The position numbers and the translations under genes are program-made. From an uncultured Thermoproteaceae archaeon (GTDB taxonomy: Archaea; Thermoproteota; Thermoprotei; Thermoproteales; Thermocladiaceae): a stretch of DNA of 64,000 bases. Location: positions 32,001 through 96,000 of the forward strand of contig CAZNTG010000007.1 in NCBI GenBank assembly GCA_964575955.1, given 5' to 3'. The notes beneath the pieces are model-generated. The model did no database searches. It saw only the letters and a program-made list of their open reading frames with translations, and was not told where the DNA came from. Below, piece after piece: positions 39,992 through 50,628 of the stretch (position 1 is its first letter; each line of letters opens with the position of its first letter).

Positions 39992-41221
39992 ATGGGTGTA
40001 GAAGAGGGTGGTCACTATACGAACAAGAAGATTTCTAGAGTTGTTCTAGCATACTCAGGTGGTCTAGATACTTCTATATGTATAAAATGGTTAATAGAGA
40101 AGTATGGTTGTGAAGTTATTACAGTAACTGTAGATGTTGGTCAGGGTGATGATTTTAGAGAAATTGAAGAACGTGCATATAGGATTGGTGCAGTTAAACA
40201 CTACACTATCGATGCTAAGGAAGAATTTGTAAATAACTACATTGCACAGGCAATTAAAGCTAATGCATTTTATGAAGGAAAATATCCTCTAGGTACTGCA
40301 CTTGCAAGACCATTAATTGCTGAGAAGGTTGTTGAAATAGCTAAGAAGGAGAGTGCAGATGCGATAGCTCATGGATGTACATCGAAAGGTAATGATCAGA
40401 TACGTTTTGAGGCAGTTATTAGAGCTTTAGCACCTGAAATTGAGATATTAGCACCTGTTAGATGTTGGAATATGACTAGAGCTGAAGAGATCGAGTATGC
40501 TAGAAAACATGGAATACCAATACCTGAAATACATAAGAGATTTAGTATCGATGCAAACATATGGTCAAGAAGTATTGAAGGTCCAGAACTAGATGATCCT
40601 ATGGTTGAAGTTCCTGAAGATGCTCTTGAATGGGTTACACCAATAGAGAAAGCTCCAGATAAACCACTATATTTAGAGATAGAGTTTAGAGATGGTATAC
40701 CAATATCTATAAATGGTGAAAAGATGAAACTTATAGACATCATAAACACATTAAATAGACTAGCTGGAAGTTGTGGTGTTGGACTTATAGACCATATAGA
40801 GAATAGAACTGTAGGTTTTAAGAGTAGAGAAGTATATGAAGCACCTGCAGCTGTGACAATATTTGAGGCACATAGAGAAATTGAAAAGATAGTATACACA
40901 CCACATGAATGGAGATTTAAACAGATAGTAGATATGACATGGAGTGACCTAGTGTATAGAGGACTATGGCTAGAACCACTACGTATAGAATTGTCAAAAC
41001 TTGTAGAAGAGATGAACAGGTGGATAAGTGGAGTTGTAAAACTCAAACTATATAAAGGAAATGTAGTACCTGTAGGTAGATGGAGTGAATATGCAAGCTA
41101 TGATAAAGAACTTGCAGACTATATAAAAGGTTGGTATCCTACAGATGAAGAAGCTAGAGGATTCATAATAATGCATACACAACATTCAACAATAGCATAC
41201 TTGAAGAGATTTAAAAAATGA
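39992..41221 (+). CDS. argG: Argininosuccinate synthase
   Basis: VLAYSGGLDTS, YPLGTALARP, HGCT.KGNDQIRFE, ENR.VG.KSREVYEAP. Confidence 0.97.
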   Translation: MGVEEGGHYTNKKISRVVLAYSGGLDTSICIKWLIEKYGCEVITVTVDVGQGDDFREIEERAYRIGAVKHYTIDAKEEFVNNYIAQAIKANAFYEGKYPLGTALARPLIAEKVVEIAKKESADAIAHGCTSKGNDQIRFEAVIRALAPEIEILAPVRCWNMTRAEEIEYARKHGIPIPEIHKRFSIDANIWSRSIEGPELDDPMVEVPEDALEWVTPIEKAPDKPLYLEIEFRDGIPISINGEKMKLIDIINTLNRLAGSCGVGLIDHIENRTVGFKSREVYEAPAAVTIFEAHREIEKIVYTPHEWRFKQIVDMTWSDLVYRGLWLEPLRIELSKLVEEMNRWISGVVKLKLYKGNVVPVGRWSEYASYDKELADYIKGWYPTDEEARGFIIMHTQHSTIAYLKRFKK

Positions 41222-41267
41222 TGAACAACGGCCGACCTGAATGGTGAAGAAGCTTGCTACTAACTGA
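41218..41267 (+). ncRNA. Box C/D guide sRNA bridging the argG stop and the start of the fumarate hydratase gene
   Basis: ATGATGA (C), ACAACGGCCGAC, CTGA (D'), ATGGTGA (C'), AGAAGCTTGCTACTAA, CTGA (D). Confidence 0.75.
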
Positions 41268-42108
41268 AAATATTAAAAATATAGTAAAAGAATTGATATA
41301 TAGAGCACAGATAGAACTTCCAGAAGATGTATATAGAAAACTATTAGAAATATATAATAGCTATAAGATATCTGACACCTGTAGGAAGGTTCTAGAATGT
41401 ATTATTGAGAATATTAAACTTGCTAGAGAATTAAGAAGACCTATATGTCAAGATACTGGAACTCACATATTTTTTATAAGAGGTTCAAAGATATGCATAG
41501 ATAATAAGTTTATAGATATTTTGAAGAGAGCTGTTGAAGAAGCTACTAGAGAAATTCCACTTAGACCAAACGCTGTAGATGTCTTAACGAATAGAAATAC
41601 AGGAACAGGAGTTGGTAAAGGCATTCCTGACGTTGAAATATTTATTGAAGATTTTGAAAATAACATTATTGAAATTACGTACATACCGAAAGGTGGTGGT
41701 TGTGAATTACCATGTAGAGCATTTACAGTACCACCCACACTAGGTTTTAAATTTTTGAAGAAGGCTGTTGTTAAATTAGTAAAATCATTAGGAAGATATG
41801 CATGTCCACCACTCACACTAGGTGTTGGTATAGGTGCAACAATAAGCATAGCTGTGAAAAATGCTATGAAAGCACTCTATCTAAGAGAGATAGATACTAG
41901 ATCTGAAGATGAGAAAATAGCTAAAATTGAGGAAGAACTAATAGAACTATGCAATAAGACAAATATTGGAATACAAGGTCTAGGTGAAGGACCTACAGTA
42001 CTAGATGTACATTTAGAAGTGAGCTGTAGACATCCAGCAACATTCTCAATAGCTATCGTAACATCATGCTGGGCTTTAAGAAGAGCTAAAACTTCCATAG
42101 TGTTATAG
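41254..42108 (+). CDS. Class I fumarate hydratase / L-tartrate dehydratase alpha subunit
   Basis: RPICQDTG, LRPNAV, PKGGGCE, ACPP...GVGIG, GIQGLG.G, CWALR. Confidence 0.9.
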   Translation: MLLTENIKNIVKELIYRAQIELPEDVYRKLLEIYNSYKISDTCRKVLECIIENIKLARELRRPICQDTGTHIFFIRGSKICIDNKFIDILKRAVEEATREIPLRPNAVDVLTNRNTGTGVGKGIPDVEIFIEDFENNIIEITYIPKGGGCELPCRAFTVPPTLGFKFLKKAVVKLVKSLGRYACPPLTLGVGIGATISIAVKNAMKALYLREIDTRSEDEKIAKIEEELIELCNKTNIGIQGLGEGPTVLDVHLEVSCRHPATFSIAIVTSCWALRRAKTSIVL

Positions 42109-42828
42109 TCCTTCAATTTGTAGTACTAGTTCTCTAAATTTACAGCAGTAGTGTAGTGGTATTTGTCCAGGTGCTGTACCTTCATCGAGAGGACAAAACA
42201 TCAATTTTGAACCTAGTAAGGGTGGTATTAGTCTATATATCTTCACGTTACCCATAGGGAATATTGCTAGATATGGTCTTTCTCTTCTATTTGCTATTCT
42301 TAAAAGTTCTATTATATCACTATCTGATGTTACTATTGATGCAATTTTTATAATATCAACTTCAGGAATTTTCAAAGCTTCATTAATAGTTATTGTTAGT
42401 TCTCTCTCTGTTGGTCTTTCATAGAAGTAGTGTTTTGAAATTATTAATCCTTCATATTCTGTTGTTTTAATATTCCTATAATACTTTCTATAAAACTCTA
42501 ACTCTATATCTACATACGTGTTAGTCTTCCTCTCAAGAATTTCTAAAATCTTAAGTTTTAAATATGGTGATACTTCTCTAAAACCTCCTTCAGATTTTTC
42601 TCGAATTGTTATTATTTTTGGATAGTTAAACTCTTTAATAATTCTAATTACAGATTCTACATATTCTGAGCTGTCTGTTATCATTAGATAATCTATTCTA
42701 AATTCTACAAGATCAGCACCTTCACTAATAGCTTTCTCTGCCTGATGTATTGCTATGTCAACATTTTTTGTAGGTATTGGACATGCTATCAGGAATTTTC
42801 TAGTATTTAATAATTCTCTAAGTTTCAC
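42103..42828 (-). CDS. aroD: Type I 3-dehydroquinate dehydratase
   Basis: ADLVEFRID, TIR...EGG, YVDIE, ISKH.F, KIA, MG, TAPGQI. Confidence 0.9.
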   Translation of the reverse strand: MKLRELLNTRKFLIACPIPTKNVDIAIHQAEKAISEGADLVEFRIDYLMITDSSEYVESVIRIIKEFNYPKIITIREKSEGGFREVSPYLKLKILEILERKTNTYVDIELEFYRKYYRNIKTTEYEGLIISKHYFYERPTERELTITINEALKIPEVDIIKIASIVTSDSDIIELLRIANRRERPYLAIFPMGNVKIYRLIPPLLGSKLMFCPLDEGTAPGQIPLHYCCKFRELVLQIEGL

Positions 42829-42845
42829 AGAATGTTAAGATTATA

Positions 42846-42865
42846 ATCTCTTAAAATTAAGAGAT
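42846..42865. promoter_or_regulatory. Inverted repeat upstream of aroD (operator candidate)
   Basis: ATCTCTTAA-AA-TTAAGAGAT, a perfect 9-bp inverted repeat 18-37 nt upstream of the aroD start. Confidence 0.4.
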
Positions 42866-42899
42866 AGACATGTGTATATTGTGCATATTTGGTAATAAA

Positions 42900-44195
42900 T
42901 TAATGTATTTCAAGTCTTACACCCAATTTTCTTAATATATTCCAATACTCAGGCCATGACTTATTTACACACTCAGCATTTCTCAATACTGTGACACCAT
43001 CAACTCTACATGCAATAACACTACACATCATTGCAATTCTATGATCATCTGGTAGATCTATATTTGCAGCCTTATAATCTCTTCCTGGAACTATCTCTAT
43101 ATATCCTCTCTCCTCATCAATATTTGTCTTAATATTAAATTCCCTGAGTGTTCTACTAATCTCTCTAAGTCTATTGCTCTCCTTATGTATTAAATGTTTA
43201 ACATTTCTTATAATAGATTTACCATTTGAAAATGAGGCTACAGCTACTATAGGCATTACAAGATCAGGATTGTCATGAAGATCTAGATCACATGGTTCAA
43301 TATTGTCTGAATATGATACATATACTAGATCTCCAATCTTTTTAACATTTATATTCATATCTTTAAAGTATTGTAAAATTTCTATATCTACACTATTTAG
43401 ATAATCATTAAAACCTCTAATAACTACCTCTTCACCACATACTGCAGCGATAGACATTATGAATGCACTTAATGCATAATCTCCAGGAACTTCTAGATTA
43501 AATGTATCAATATCTGAAGGATATGAAAATATTGTATATCCCTCTTCTTCATCACCTTCAATATCAACATCAGCTCCAAGATTTTTCAATAATTTAACTG
43601 TAAGTAACATGTATGGTTTTGATACTATTGGCGGTTTTACATTAATTTCAATACCATCTTCACTTCTAATACCTGCATATATTAGTGAACTTATGTATTG
43701 ACTAGATATATCACCTCTAATACTAACTTTACCACCTTTCAATGGTCCTCTAACTCTAACAGGTGGATATCCTGGTTCTTCAATATATTGTATCTGTGCA
43801 CCAAGCTTCTTCAATGCTTCTACTAGGTCAGATATGGGTCTTCTTCTCATACTTCTTCCACATTCAAGAACTACTGCTTCTCTAAATGTTGATGCTAGAC
43901 CTATAGCAATTCTATATGTTGTTCCACTATCACCTAGATCTATAATATTCTTCTTTAATTCTAATTCTTCAGGTATTTTGAATATATATACACCATTATC
44001 TTCATAATATTCTACATTTGTAGATTTTACAAAATTTAGACTAGATAAAACGTCTCCACATTTTGGAATTCTTCTTAAAGTTATAGTTCCTGGTTTTGAG
44101 AGTAATGTTGCTAATATCAATCTCTGTGCAACACTTTTTGATGGTGGTGCATCTACTATGCCTCTAATACTTGACTTCTCTATCGTAACTATCAT
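42900..44195 (-). CDS. aroA: EPSP synthase
   Basis: PPSKS..QR, GDSGTT.R, RRP, SSQYISSL, VPGD, KESNR, DDHRIAM, KSWP. Confidence 0.95.
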   Translation of the reverse strand: MIVTIEKSSIRGIVDAPPSKSVAQRLILATLLSKPGTITLRRIPKCGDVLSSLNFVKSTNVEYYEDNGVYIFKIPEELELKKNIIDLGDSGTTYRIAIGLASTFREAVVLECGRSMRRRPISDLVEALKKLGAQIQYIEEPGYPPVRVRGPLKGGKVSIRGDISSQYISSLIYAGIRSEDGIEINVKPPIVSKPYMLLTVKLLKNLGADVDIEGDEEEGYTIFSYPSDIDTFNLEVPGDYALSAFIMSIAAVCGEEVVIRGFNDYLNSVDIEILQYFKDMNINVKKIGDLVYVSYSDNIEPCDLDLHDNPDLVMPIVAVASFSNGKSIIRNVKHLIHKESNRLREISRTLREFNIKTNIDEERGYIEIVPGRDYKAANIDLPDDHRIAMMCSVIACRVDGVTVLRNAECVNKSWPEYWNILRKLGVRLEIH

Positions 44196-44286
44196 GCTAT
44201 AACTATGATATGTTCAATAGCTTATAAATAATGTATCTATTTTTCAAGAGAGAACATTTATAGACTTGTAAGAGAGTAATACCTGT

Positions 44287-44733
44287 ATGACATCAGAAGA
44301 ACGTAGAATAATTACAATAAGAGGTATTAGCATGCCTATATATGAGAGAGCTCTCAGACTTGCAAGAGAGCTTGGAATAACTATTGGAGAATTAATAAAT
44401 GAAGCATTAAAAAGATACATAACTACACTAGAAGCAATTCATAAAGCAATAGAATCACATTTAGAAACTCTTGCAAAGACTGGAGATGTTGTAATTGTTA
44501 GTAATATAGACTATCTAAATGTTAGACGTAAAGATCTTGAAGCAGTACCTCGTAAAATAGTTTTTAAAGATATTAAAGAGTTAGAATTTTCAGATGATAT
44601 AACTGAAGACATATTTAATGAGAAAGTTTATGAGATTGTTCGTGTAGACAAGGTCATAGTACCAAAAACATTATCAACACTATTAGTAGCATCTAAATGT
44701 AAGTTAGTACATAAGATAACACATAAAGAGTGA
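44287..44733 (+). CDS. Hypothetical protein with an N-terminal ribbon-helix-helix-like motif
   Basis: ITIRGI...IYERALRLARELGITIGELINEALKRY. Confidence 0.65.
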   Translation: MTSEERRIITIRGISMPIYERALRLARELGITIGELINEALKRYITTLEAIHKAIESHLETLAKTGDVVIVSNIDYLNVRRKDLEAVPRKIVFKDIKELEFSDDITEDIFNEKVYEIVRVDKVIVPKTLSTLLVASKCKLVHKITHKE

Positions 44734-44749
44734 AAGATATTTAAAATAT

Positions 44750-45487
44750 TTGATGTATAGAAAACCAATACATATAAAAGCAAGTCCTGAAAAAGTTTCT
44801 GAAAAAATAATCGTCGTAGGAGATCCAGATAGGACAAAGTTCATAACAACATTCTTAAACGATGTTGAAGAAGTTAATACACATAGAGGATTTCTACTAT
44901 ACACAGGTAAGTATAATGGAGAGAGAATAAGTGTTGCATGTCATGGTGTAGGTGCACCTTCAGCTGCTATAGTTTTTGAAGAATTAATAATGCTTGGTGC
45001 TAAGATTATGATTAGACTTGGAACAACAGGATCATTAATACCTGATTTAAGAAGAGGAGATGTTGTAGTTGTTTCAGGAGCAGGATATTTCACTACAAGT
45101 CCTATACTTCAATTAACTGAGAATGTCATTGTACCAGCAGTTCCTGATATAGAAATAGCTCTAGAATTGTACAAATTTATTAAGCAGAGATTAAGTAATA
45201 GAAAGGTTATTCTAGGAAATGTAATTAGTAATGACATGTTCTACGTTGAAAATCCTGAACTTGCAAAAAGATTATCTAAACTCGGATTTGTAAGTATTGA
45301 GATGGAATGTGCAACATTATTCACAATATCGAAAATTAGAGGCATAAAGTCTGGAGCTATACTGTTGGTATCTAATAGTCTTGTAAATCCTGAAGAGTAT
45401 GAAATACCACATTCTTCAGAAATTAATAAATACTACTCTGAAATTGTTCCAATAGTCTTAGAGTACTTATCTAAGGTTACTTTGTAG
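44750..45487 (+). CDS. Purine nucleoside phosphorylase (DeoD/hexameric type)
   Basis: VGDPDR, HGVGAPSA.IVFEEL, IRLGTTG, SND.FY, EMECA. Confidence 0.9.
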   Translation: MMYRKPIHIKASPEKVSEKIIVVGDPDRTKFITTFLNDVEEVNTHRGFLLYTGKYNGERISVACHGVGAPSAAIVFEELIMLGAKIMIRLGTTGSLIPDLRRGDVVVVSGAGYFTTSPILQLTENVIVPAVPDIEIALELYKFIKQRLSNRKVILGNVISNDMFYVENPELAKRLSKLGFVSIEMECATLFTISKIRGIKSGAILLVSNSLVNPEEYEIPHSSEINKYYSEIVPIVLEYLSKVTL

Positions 45488-46862
45488 ATTTTGATTCTTT
45501 CCTCTTTAAGTACTCTATACCTATCCTAATGACTTTATATACAACATCTATAGGATCTTTACCAAAAACTCTAATCTGTGGCTCCTTACCCCATGCACCT
45601 TTATCATAAATTATGTCAGGTGGTTCTTTAAGACCTTTTATAGCCTTCTCAATTCCCCAAGGTATTGAAAGTCCTTCAACCTTCCTAACTTCTTCAGGTT
45701 CTTCAGATCTATCGAAAAAGGCTATTTTCATTCCTAAACTTCTAGCAATATCTATAAGTTCTTCACTATACTTTATATTCATACATGCTCTATATTCTGG
45801 AAAATACTTCATAAATGTTAAGACAGCCCTACCCACATGCCATGTAGCTCCAAATTTAGGTTCTGAGAAGCAAGTAATCTTACCATCAACAACAGTTATT
45901 CTTCCAGGTATTCCTGCAACATCTTCAATACCCTTAACATACTCTATAGGTAGTGCATATGCTATGTTTGATCTAACTTCAGGTATTAAATCAACAACAT
46001 ATTCACTACTTTGCTTAAGTATCTCTATAGCTTGTCTCAACTTATCTAATACATTAAATCTCTCTAATTGAACTTCTACGAATGAATATACATTAGATAG
46101 ATTTCTACTATATCCAAGATCTATACTAAACTCTATACAATACTCAACAATCTTCTTAGCTTCTTTAACAGCTGTTGAAATATCATATCCATGTGCTAGA
46201 TATGCTGCTATAGCTGATGAAAGTACACAACCTGTACCATGCACATCCTTAACTCTTAATCTTTTAGTTGTAAGTGTGATAAATGTACCCTTATCGTAGA
46301 GTATATCTATAACATTTTCACTTTCCCTCATAAGATGTCCGCCTTTGATCAACACGTGTTCAATACCGTACTTCTTAGCTATTATCTCTGCCGCAGATTT
46401 CATATCATCTACAGTCTTTATCTCCATTCCTGCAAGTATCTCAGCTTCATGAATATTTGGAGTTATTATTGTACTTCTAGGTATAATCTTGTCTTCAATT
46501 ATCTTCAAAGTTTTCGGATCTGTGAGCAGTGTACCATCACCAGCTCTAATCACTGGATCTAGAACTATTGGACAGTCAATACCTGATAATCTATCAGCTA
46601 CTATATTTGCAATTTCTGAATCACCTAAAACACCTATCTTAACTACATCAATTTGAAATGTTGATAACATTCTATCCAGAACCTCTCTAACATAGTTAGA
46701 TTCTAACCTCTTCACAAGAATAACCTTATCAGGAGATTGTACAGTTAGTACCGTAATAACACTGACAGGATATACTCTAAGAATTCTAAATGTTAGACAA
46801 TCAAGAATAACACCAGCACTTCCAGTTGGATCATACCCCGCTATTACAAGTCCAAATTTCAT
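45477..46862 (-). CDS. thiDN: Bifunctional HMP/HMP-P kinase - thiamine-phosphate synthase (ThiDN)
   Basis: IAGYDPTGSAG, VKIG, LDPV, TPN..EA, KGGH, HGTGC; C-terminal ThiN domain (IPEVRSN, GRI, GKEP). Confidence 0.93.
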   Translation of the reverse strand: MKFGLVIAGYDPTGSAGVILDCLTFRILRVYPVSVITVLTVQSPDKVILVKRLESNYVREVLDRMLSTFQIDVVKIGVLGDSEIANIVADRLSGIDCPIVLDPVIRAGDGTLLTDPKTLKIIEDKIIPRSTIITPNIHEAEILAGMEIKTVDDMKSAAEIIAKKYGIEHVLIKGGHLMRESENVIDILYDKGTFITLTTKRLRVKDVHGTGCVLSSAIAAYLAHGYDISTAVKEAKKIVEYCIEFSIDLGYSRNLSNVYSFVEVQLERFNVLDKLRQAIEILKQSSEYVVDLIPEVRSNIAYALPIEYVKGIEDVAGIPGRITVVDGKITCFSEPKFGATWHVGRAVLTFMKYFPEYRACMNIKYSEELIDIARSLGMKIAFFDRSEEPEEVRKVEGLSIPWGIEKAIKGLKEPPDIIYDKGAWGKEPQIRVFGKDPIDVVYKVIRIGIEYLKRKESKSTK

Positions 46863-46895
46863 ATGTATAATCGTAGAGTATAGATTATCGATATG

Positions 46896-49316
46896 TTAAG
46901 TATTTCTGAACGTAGATTCACCCTTCTCATTTACAAATTCTACTCTGATAACATTATCAGCAACAGTCTCAAATGCATCTACATGACTAGTAATGATTAT
47001 CATACCTACATCACCACTAATATCTTTCAACCATTGTGCAATCCTTCTACGATGTTCATCATCTAGATGCTCTGTAGGTTCATCAAGAATTATGAATGGT
47101 ATATTTCCAAGAACAACCTTTGCAAGAGCATATCTGAATAGTAGTGCTATGAGATTTTTCTCACCAACAGATAGAGATTCAACACTAAGCTCAACACCAT
47201 CTCTCCTTTTAACAAAAATCTCATAATCTTCAGTAACTCTAATACCCACAAATGCAGATTTATGACAAACTTCTAGAAACATAGAATTCAACTCCATATT
47301 TAACATCTCTAAAAATATCTTCCTAATTACAGGTTTTATCTTATCGACAGTATCTGTGACCTTACTAATAAATCTATGAGCTCTAATATACCTATCATAC
47401 TCCTCTAAAAGAGAATTTTTCAACCTCTTCTTCTCTTCAAGCTCTCTCTTAAATCTTTCAATCTGATTCTCGATCATCTGAATTCTACCCTTAACCTGAT
47501 TCAAACTTTCAATAATACTTCTCTCCTCCTCAAGTATAGACTCTAACTCACTTCTAACACAATCATAATCCTTTACAAGACTACTAAACTTCTCAATCTC
47601 TCTACTCAAACTTTCAATCTCACACTCAACATCCCTAATACGCTGTCTAACACTTTCAATCTCCTTAACAGCAGCATAACAAGTTGAAAGTTTTTTCAAA
47701 ATCTCATCTCTCATCTTTAATCTATTTTCAACATCTTCAATCTCTCTATCAATATTGAATAATTCAGACTCTAAACTTCTCAATCTATTTTCAATACTAT
47801 TCTTATTTTGAACTAAACTTCTCAATCTACTAATCTCAATCTCGATATCTCTAATACCATTTTCAATTTCTTTAATCCTCCTCTCTAATTCACTCTTTCT
47901 ACTAACCTTCTCTCTAATAGTATAGTACTTCTCTTGTATCTCTTTCTCCTTAGAAACATACCCTTCAAACTTTTCAATTCTACTTCTAAGATCTTTAAGT
48001 CTATTTTCAATATCCTTAATTTCTCTCTCCTTCTCTTCTATAAGTCTAGATCTAGTAGCATTATCAAGCTCTCTTCTACATAATGGACATACACCTGAAC
48101 TTTGTCTTAATAATCTAAGTTCCTCATTCAATCTCTCTAACCTAGTTTTAAGAGAGATCTCCTCCTGTTTCAATTTATCTAACTTATCCTTAAATTTCTC
48201 AATCTTCTTCATCTTAACTTCTAAAACTTTCAACTTATCCTCAAGTTTCGAAATCTCTTCTAACTCAGATCTCAGTTTCTCAAGTTCTTTCTGTTGATTT
48301 TCAAATATTTGTTGAAGTTTATTATACAGTTTTTCACTATCTTTAACTCTAGAAATTTCATACTCTAAGACACTCTTCTCTTTAAGCAACTCCTCTCTTC
48401 TAAGTCTCAATTTATTAAGTTTTTCAGTTAGCTTATCTAAATTTTTTAATTCATTTTCAAGTTTCTCTATATCACTTATAGTTTTAGATAACTCTAACTC
48501 TCTAACCTTCAATTCTTCCAAAATTCTCTTCTTTTCATTTAACTTCATCTCTAACTCTTTCAATCTTCCTAACTTATCCTCATAGCTTCTCAATTTATCT
48601 TCTAACTCTTTCCTCCTCTGCTCAATATTTAAATACTTGTTTTCTAATTCTTTCAAGATTTTTATACTATCCTCATACTCCTTCTCGAGATTCTTTATAT
48701 TATTTGATAATTTGTTAATTTCATCATTCAATATACTTAACTTACCTTCAATCCTCCTTATATGTAATTCTGCTAATTTTCTAATCTCTCTTAAATAGTC
48801 TGTTCTCAATTTTTCAAGTGTTTCTATTCTCAAAACTTTGTCTAGTCTAGTCTCTGTCTTTCTACTACTTTCTAGAATATCTCTTAATTCTCCCTGTCTA
48901 ACATATAGAAGTTCTGTAAAGACACTTAATGGTATATTTAGAATCTTCTCAACATATTGAGTAACTTCTCTATCTCTAGATGCTATTCTTCTTCCTGATT
49001 CATCAAGTATGTACGTGTTTGCTTCAATACTCTTTTCAGGAGTTATAGCTCTCTGTATAGTATATATCTTACCATCTACTCCTCTGACTTTAACACGAAT
49101 AATTCCAAATCTAGATTTAACACGAACAATATCTGAAAGTCTTAATTTACACCTTCTTAACCACTCTGAACCATATAATGCAAATGCTAATGCATCTAAT
49201 ATCGAAGATTTACCAGCACCATTAGGACCGTATATGAAGTTTATACCATCTGTAAACTTTGCCTTACCTGACACTATAGACTTTATATTTTCTATATGAA
49301 TCTCTACAATAGACAT
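46896..49316 (-). CDS. rad50: Rad50 ATPase
   Basis: GPNGAGKSS, Q-loop VRQGE, coiled coil with CPLC zinc hook, LSVGE signature, LDEPT. Confidence 0.95.
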   Translation of the reverse strand: MSIVEIHIENIKSIVSGKAKFTDGINFIYGPNGAGKSSILDALAFALYGSEWLRRCKLRLSDIVRVKSRFGIIRVKVRGVDGKIYTIQRAITPEKSIEANTYILDESGRRIASRDREVTQYVEKILNIPLSVFTELLYVRQGELRDILESSRKTETRLDKVLRIETLEKLRTDYLREIRKLAELHIRRIEGKLSILNDEINKLSNNIKNLEKEYEDSIKILKELENKYLNIEQRRKELEDKLRSYEDKLGRLKELEMKLNEKKRILEELKVRELELSKTISDIEKLENELKNLDKLTEKLNKLRLRREELLKEKSVLEYEISRVKDSEKLYNKLQQIFENQQKELEKLRSELEEISKLEDKLKVLEVKMKKIEKFKDKLDKLKQEEISLKTRLERLNEELRLLRQSSGVCPLCRRELDNATRSRLIEEKEREIKDIENRLKDLRSRIEKFEGYVSKEKEIQEKYYTIREKVSRKSELERRIKEIENGIRDIEIEISRLRSLVQNKNSIENRLRSLESELFNIDREIEDVENRLKMRDEILKKLSTCYAAVKEIESVRQRIRDVECEIESLSREIEKFSSLVKDYDCVRSELESILEEERSIIESLNQVKGRIQMIENQIERFKRELEEKKRLKNSLLEEYDRYIRAHRFISKVTDTVDKIKPVIRKIFLEMLNMELNSMFLEVCHKSAFVGIRVTEDYEIFVKRRDGVELSVESLSVGEKNLIALLFRYALAKVVLGNIPFIILDEPTEHLDDEHRRRIAQWLKDISGDVGMIIITSHVDAFETVADNVIRVEFVNEKGESTFRNT

Positions 49317-49318
49317 AT

Positions 49319-50599
49319 TTAGAATAGTAGTGATCTAATATCACCTTCCTGTTTTAGTTGTATATTTAGAACTTTTTCAAAAATCTTAACAACGCTATAC
49401 TTATCACCTCTCTCAACACTATCTAATAATTCTAAAATTATATTTTCAATAATCTCAACATCAGGATCATTCTTAAGAACCTCTCTTATAGCTCTCTTAA
49501 TTATTGTATCAATACCATAGTATGTACCTGTCCTAACACTAGAGCCAGATTTTGGAGAAGATACTTCTCTAGAAATATCAAGCTTAAAATCCACCTTCAA
49601 AACATTCTTAAACATTCTTCTAAATTGAGAACATTGTAAATCTCTTGAAGTATACCCTCTCTCAAGTTTTCCAGAAACTTCAATCTGAACGTATGCATTT
49701 GGAATATCAAATTTCTCAATGATATCGATCATGTCACGTTTAAACTTCATTGGATCTATAGTGTCATATTTCAACTCTAGCTTTATCATTCTTCTAGATG
49801 GTTCTATCTTTATAGGTTTAACTTTAAATTTTCCTGTACTTTCATCAATATCTATTATTAAAAAGCCTTTATCAGACATGTCTTTTATTTTAACAAACTT
49901 ACCATTTTCATATGTATAAGTTTCAAATTCTTTAGAATCCCAAATCTCTAAACTTCCTGGATATAGAACAGGATATTGTGGATGTCTTAAATTAAAATCA
50001 TGGATATGACCGCACAGGAATATGCAATCACGACCATCCATTAGAGATTTCACAATTTTTGAACTTATAGTATAGTAATCTATGTTAGGCATGGGATATG
50101 TGTATGGTGTTCCCTCAATATATTGATGTAGAAGTATTATATTAATATCATTGCTCGATACAGTATTCATGAGATATGCATATAACTTATTCTGATGTTC
50201 TGTATATATACATCCATGACCTATAAATAGTACTTTATCAAGTTTTATACAACCCCTCTCTAAGTATTTTATTAAATTCATTGATGCTAATACATTTAGT
50301 GGGTTTTCAGTAGGATTTACTACCGAAGCTTCATGATTACCTCTAATAGCTATTATCGGTATTCCAACTTCTCTAATTCTTCTTAGACAGTCTATAGCTT
50401 GTAGGTATGATATTGGGCTAGGTTTTGCATTATCAAATAAGTCTCCTGAAATTACAACAACATCAATATGCTTATCTTCATGAATTTCTAACAACTTGTC
50501 TACAGCCTTCTTGAAAGTTCTTGCATAATCTTCAGCACGTTGATCAAGACCATACTGTCTATGTCCTATATGTATATCTGCTAAATGAGCTATTATCAT
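49319..50599 (-). CDS. mre11: Mre11 nuclease
   Basis: ADIHIG..QY, SGDLFD, GNH, HQ, GHIH, YPGSLE. Confidence 0.93.
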   Translation of the reverse strand: MIIAHLADIHIGHRQYGLDQRAEDYARTFKKAVDKLLEIHEDKHIDVVVISGDLFDNAKPSPISYLQAIDCLRRIREVGIPIIAIRGNHEASVVNPTENPLNVLASMNLIKYLERGCIKLDKVLFIGHGCIYTEHQNKLYAYLMNTVSSNDINIILLHQYIEGTPYTYPMPNIDYYTISSKIVKSLMDGRDCIFLCGHIHDFNLRHPQYPVLYPGSLEIWDSKEFETYTYENGKFVKIKDMSDKGFLIIDIDESTGKFKVKPIKIEPSRRMIKLELKYDTIDPMKFKRDMIDIIEKFDIPNAYVQIEVSGKLERGYTSRDLQCSQFRRMFKNVLKVDFKLDISREVSSPKSGSSVRTGTYYGIDTIIKRAIREVLKNDPDVEIIENIILELLDSVERGDKYSVVKIFEKVLNIQLKQEGDIRSLLF

Positions 50600-50628
50600 T
50601 ATCTCACCCTATAGTACTACTAAATCAT

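Noticed and set aside
40396-41046. Long antisense ORFs (e.g. 40396-41046, 20975-21541, 58939-59451, 17955-18419, 63408-63752)
   Set aside because: Ser/Ile/Phe-rich shadows of well-supported genes on the opposite strand, with no motifs.
41225-41236. argG-linked D' guide pairing with the tRNA-Trp intron (GUUGGCCGU)
   Set aside because: Only 9 bp including a G-U pair, and the D+5 site would fall in the discarded intron; likely chance.
47300-48800. Repetitive CT-rich low-complexity DNA
   Set aside because: Explained by the E/K/R/L-rich Rad50 coiled coil on the minus strand.
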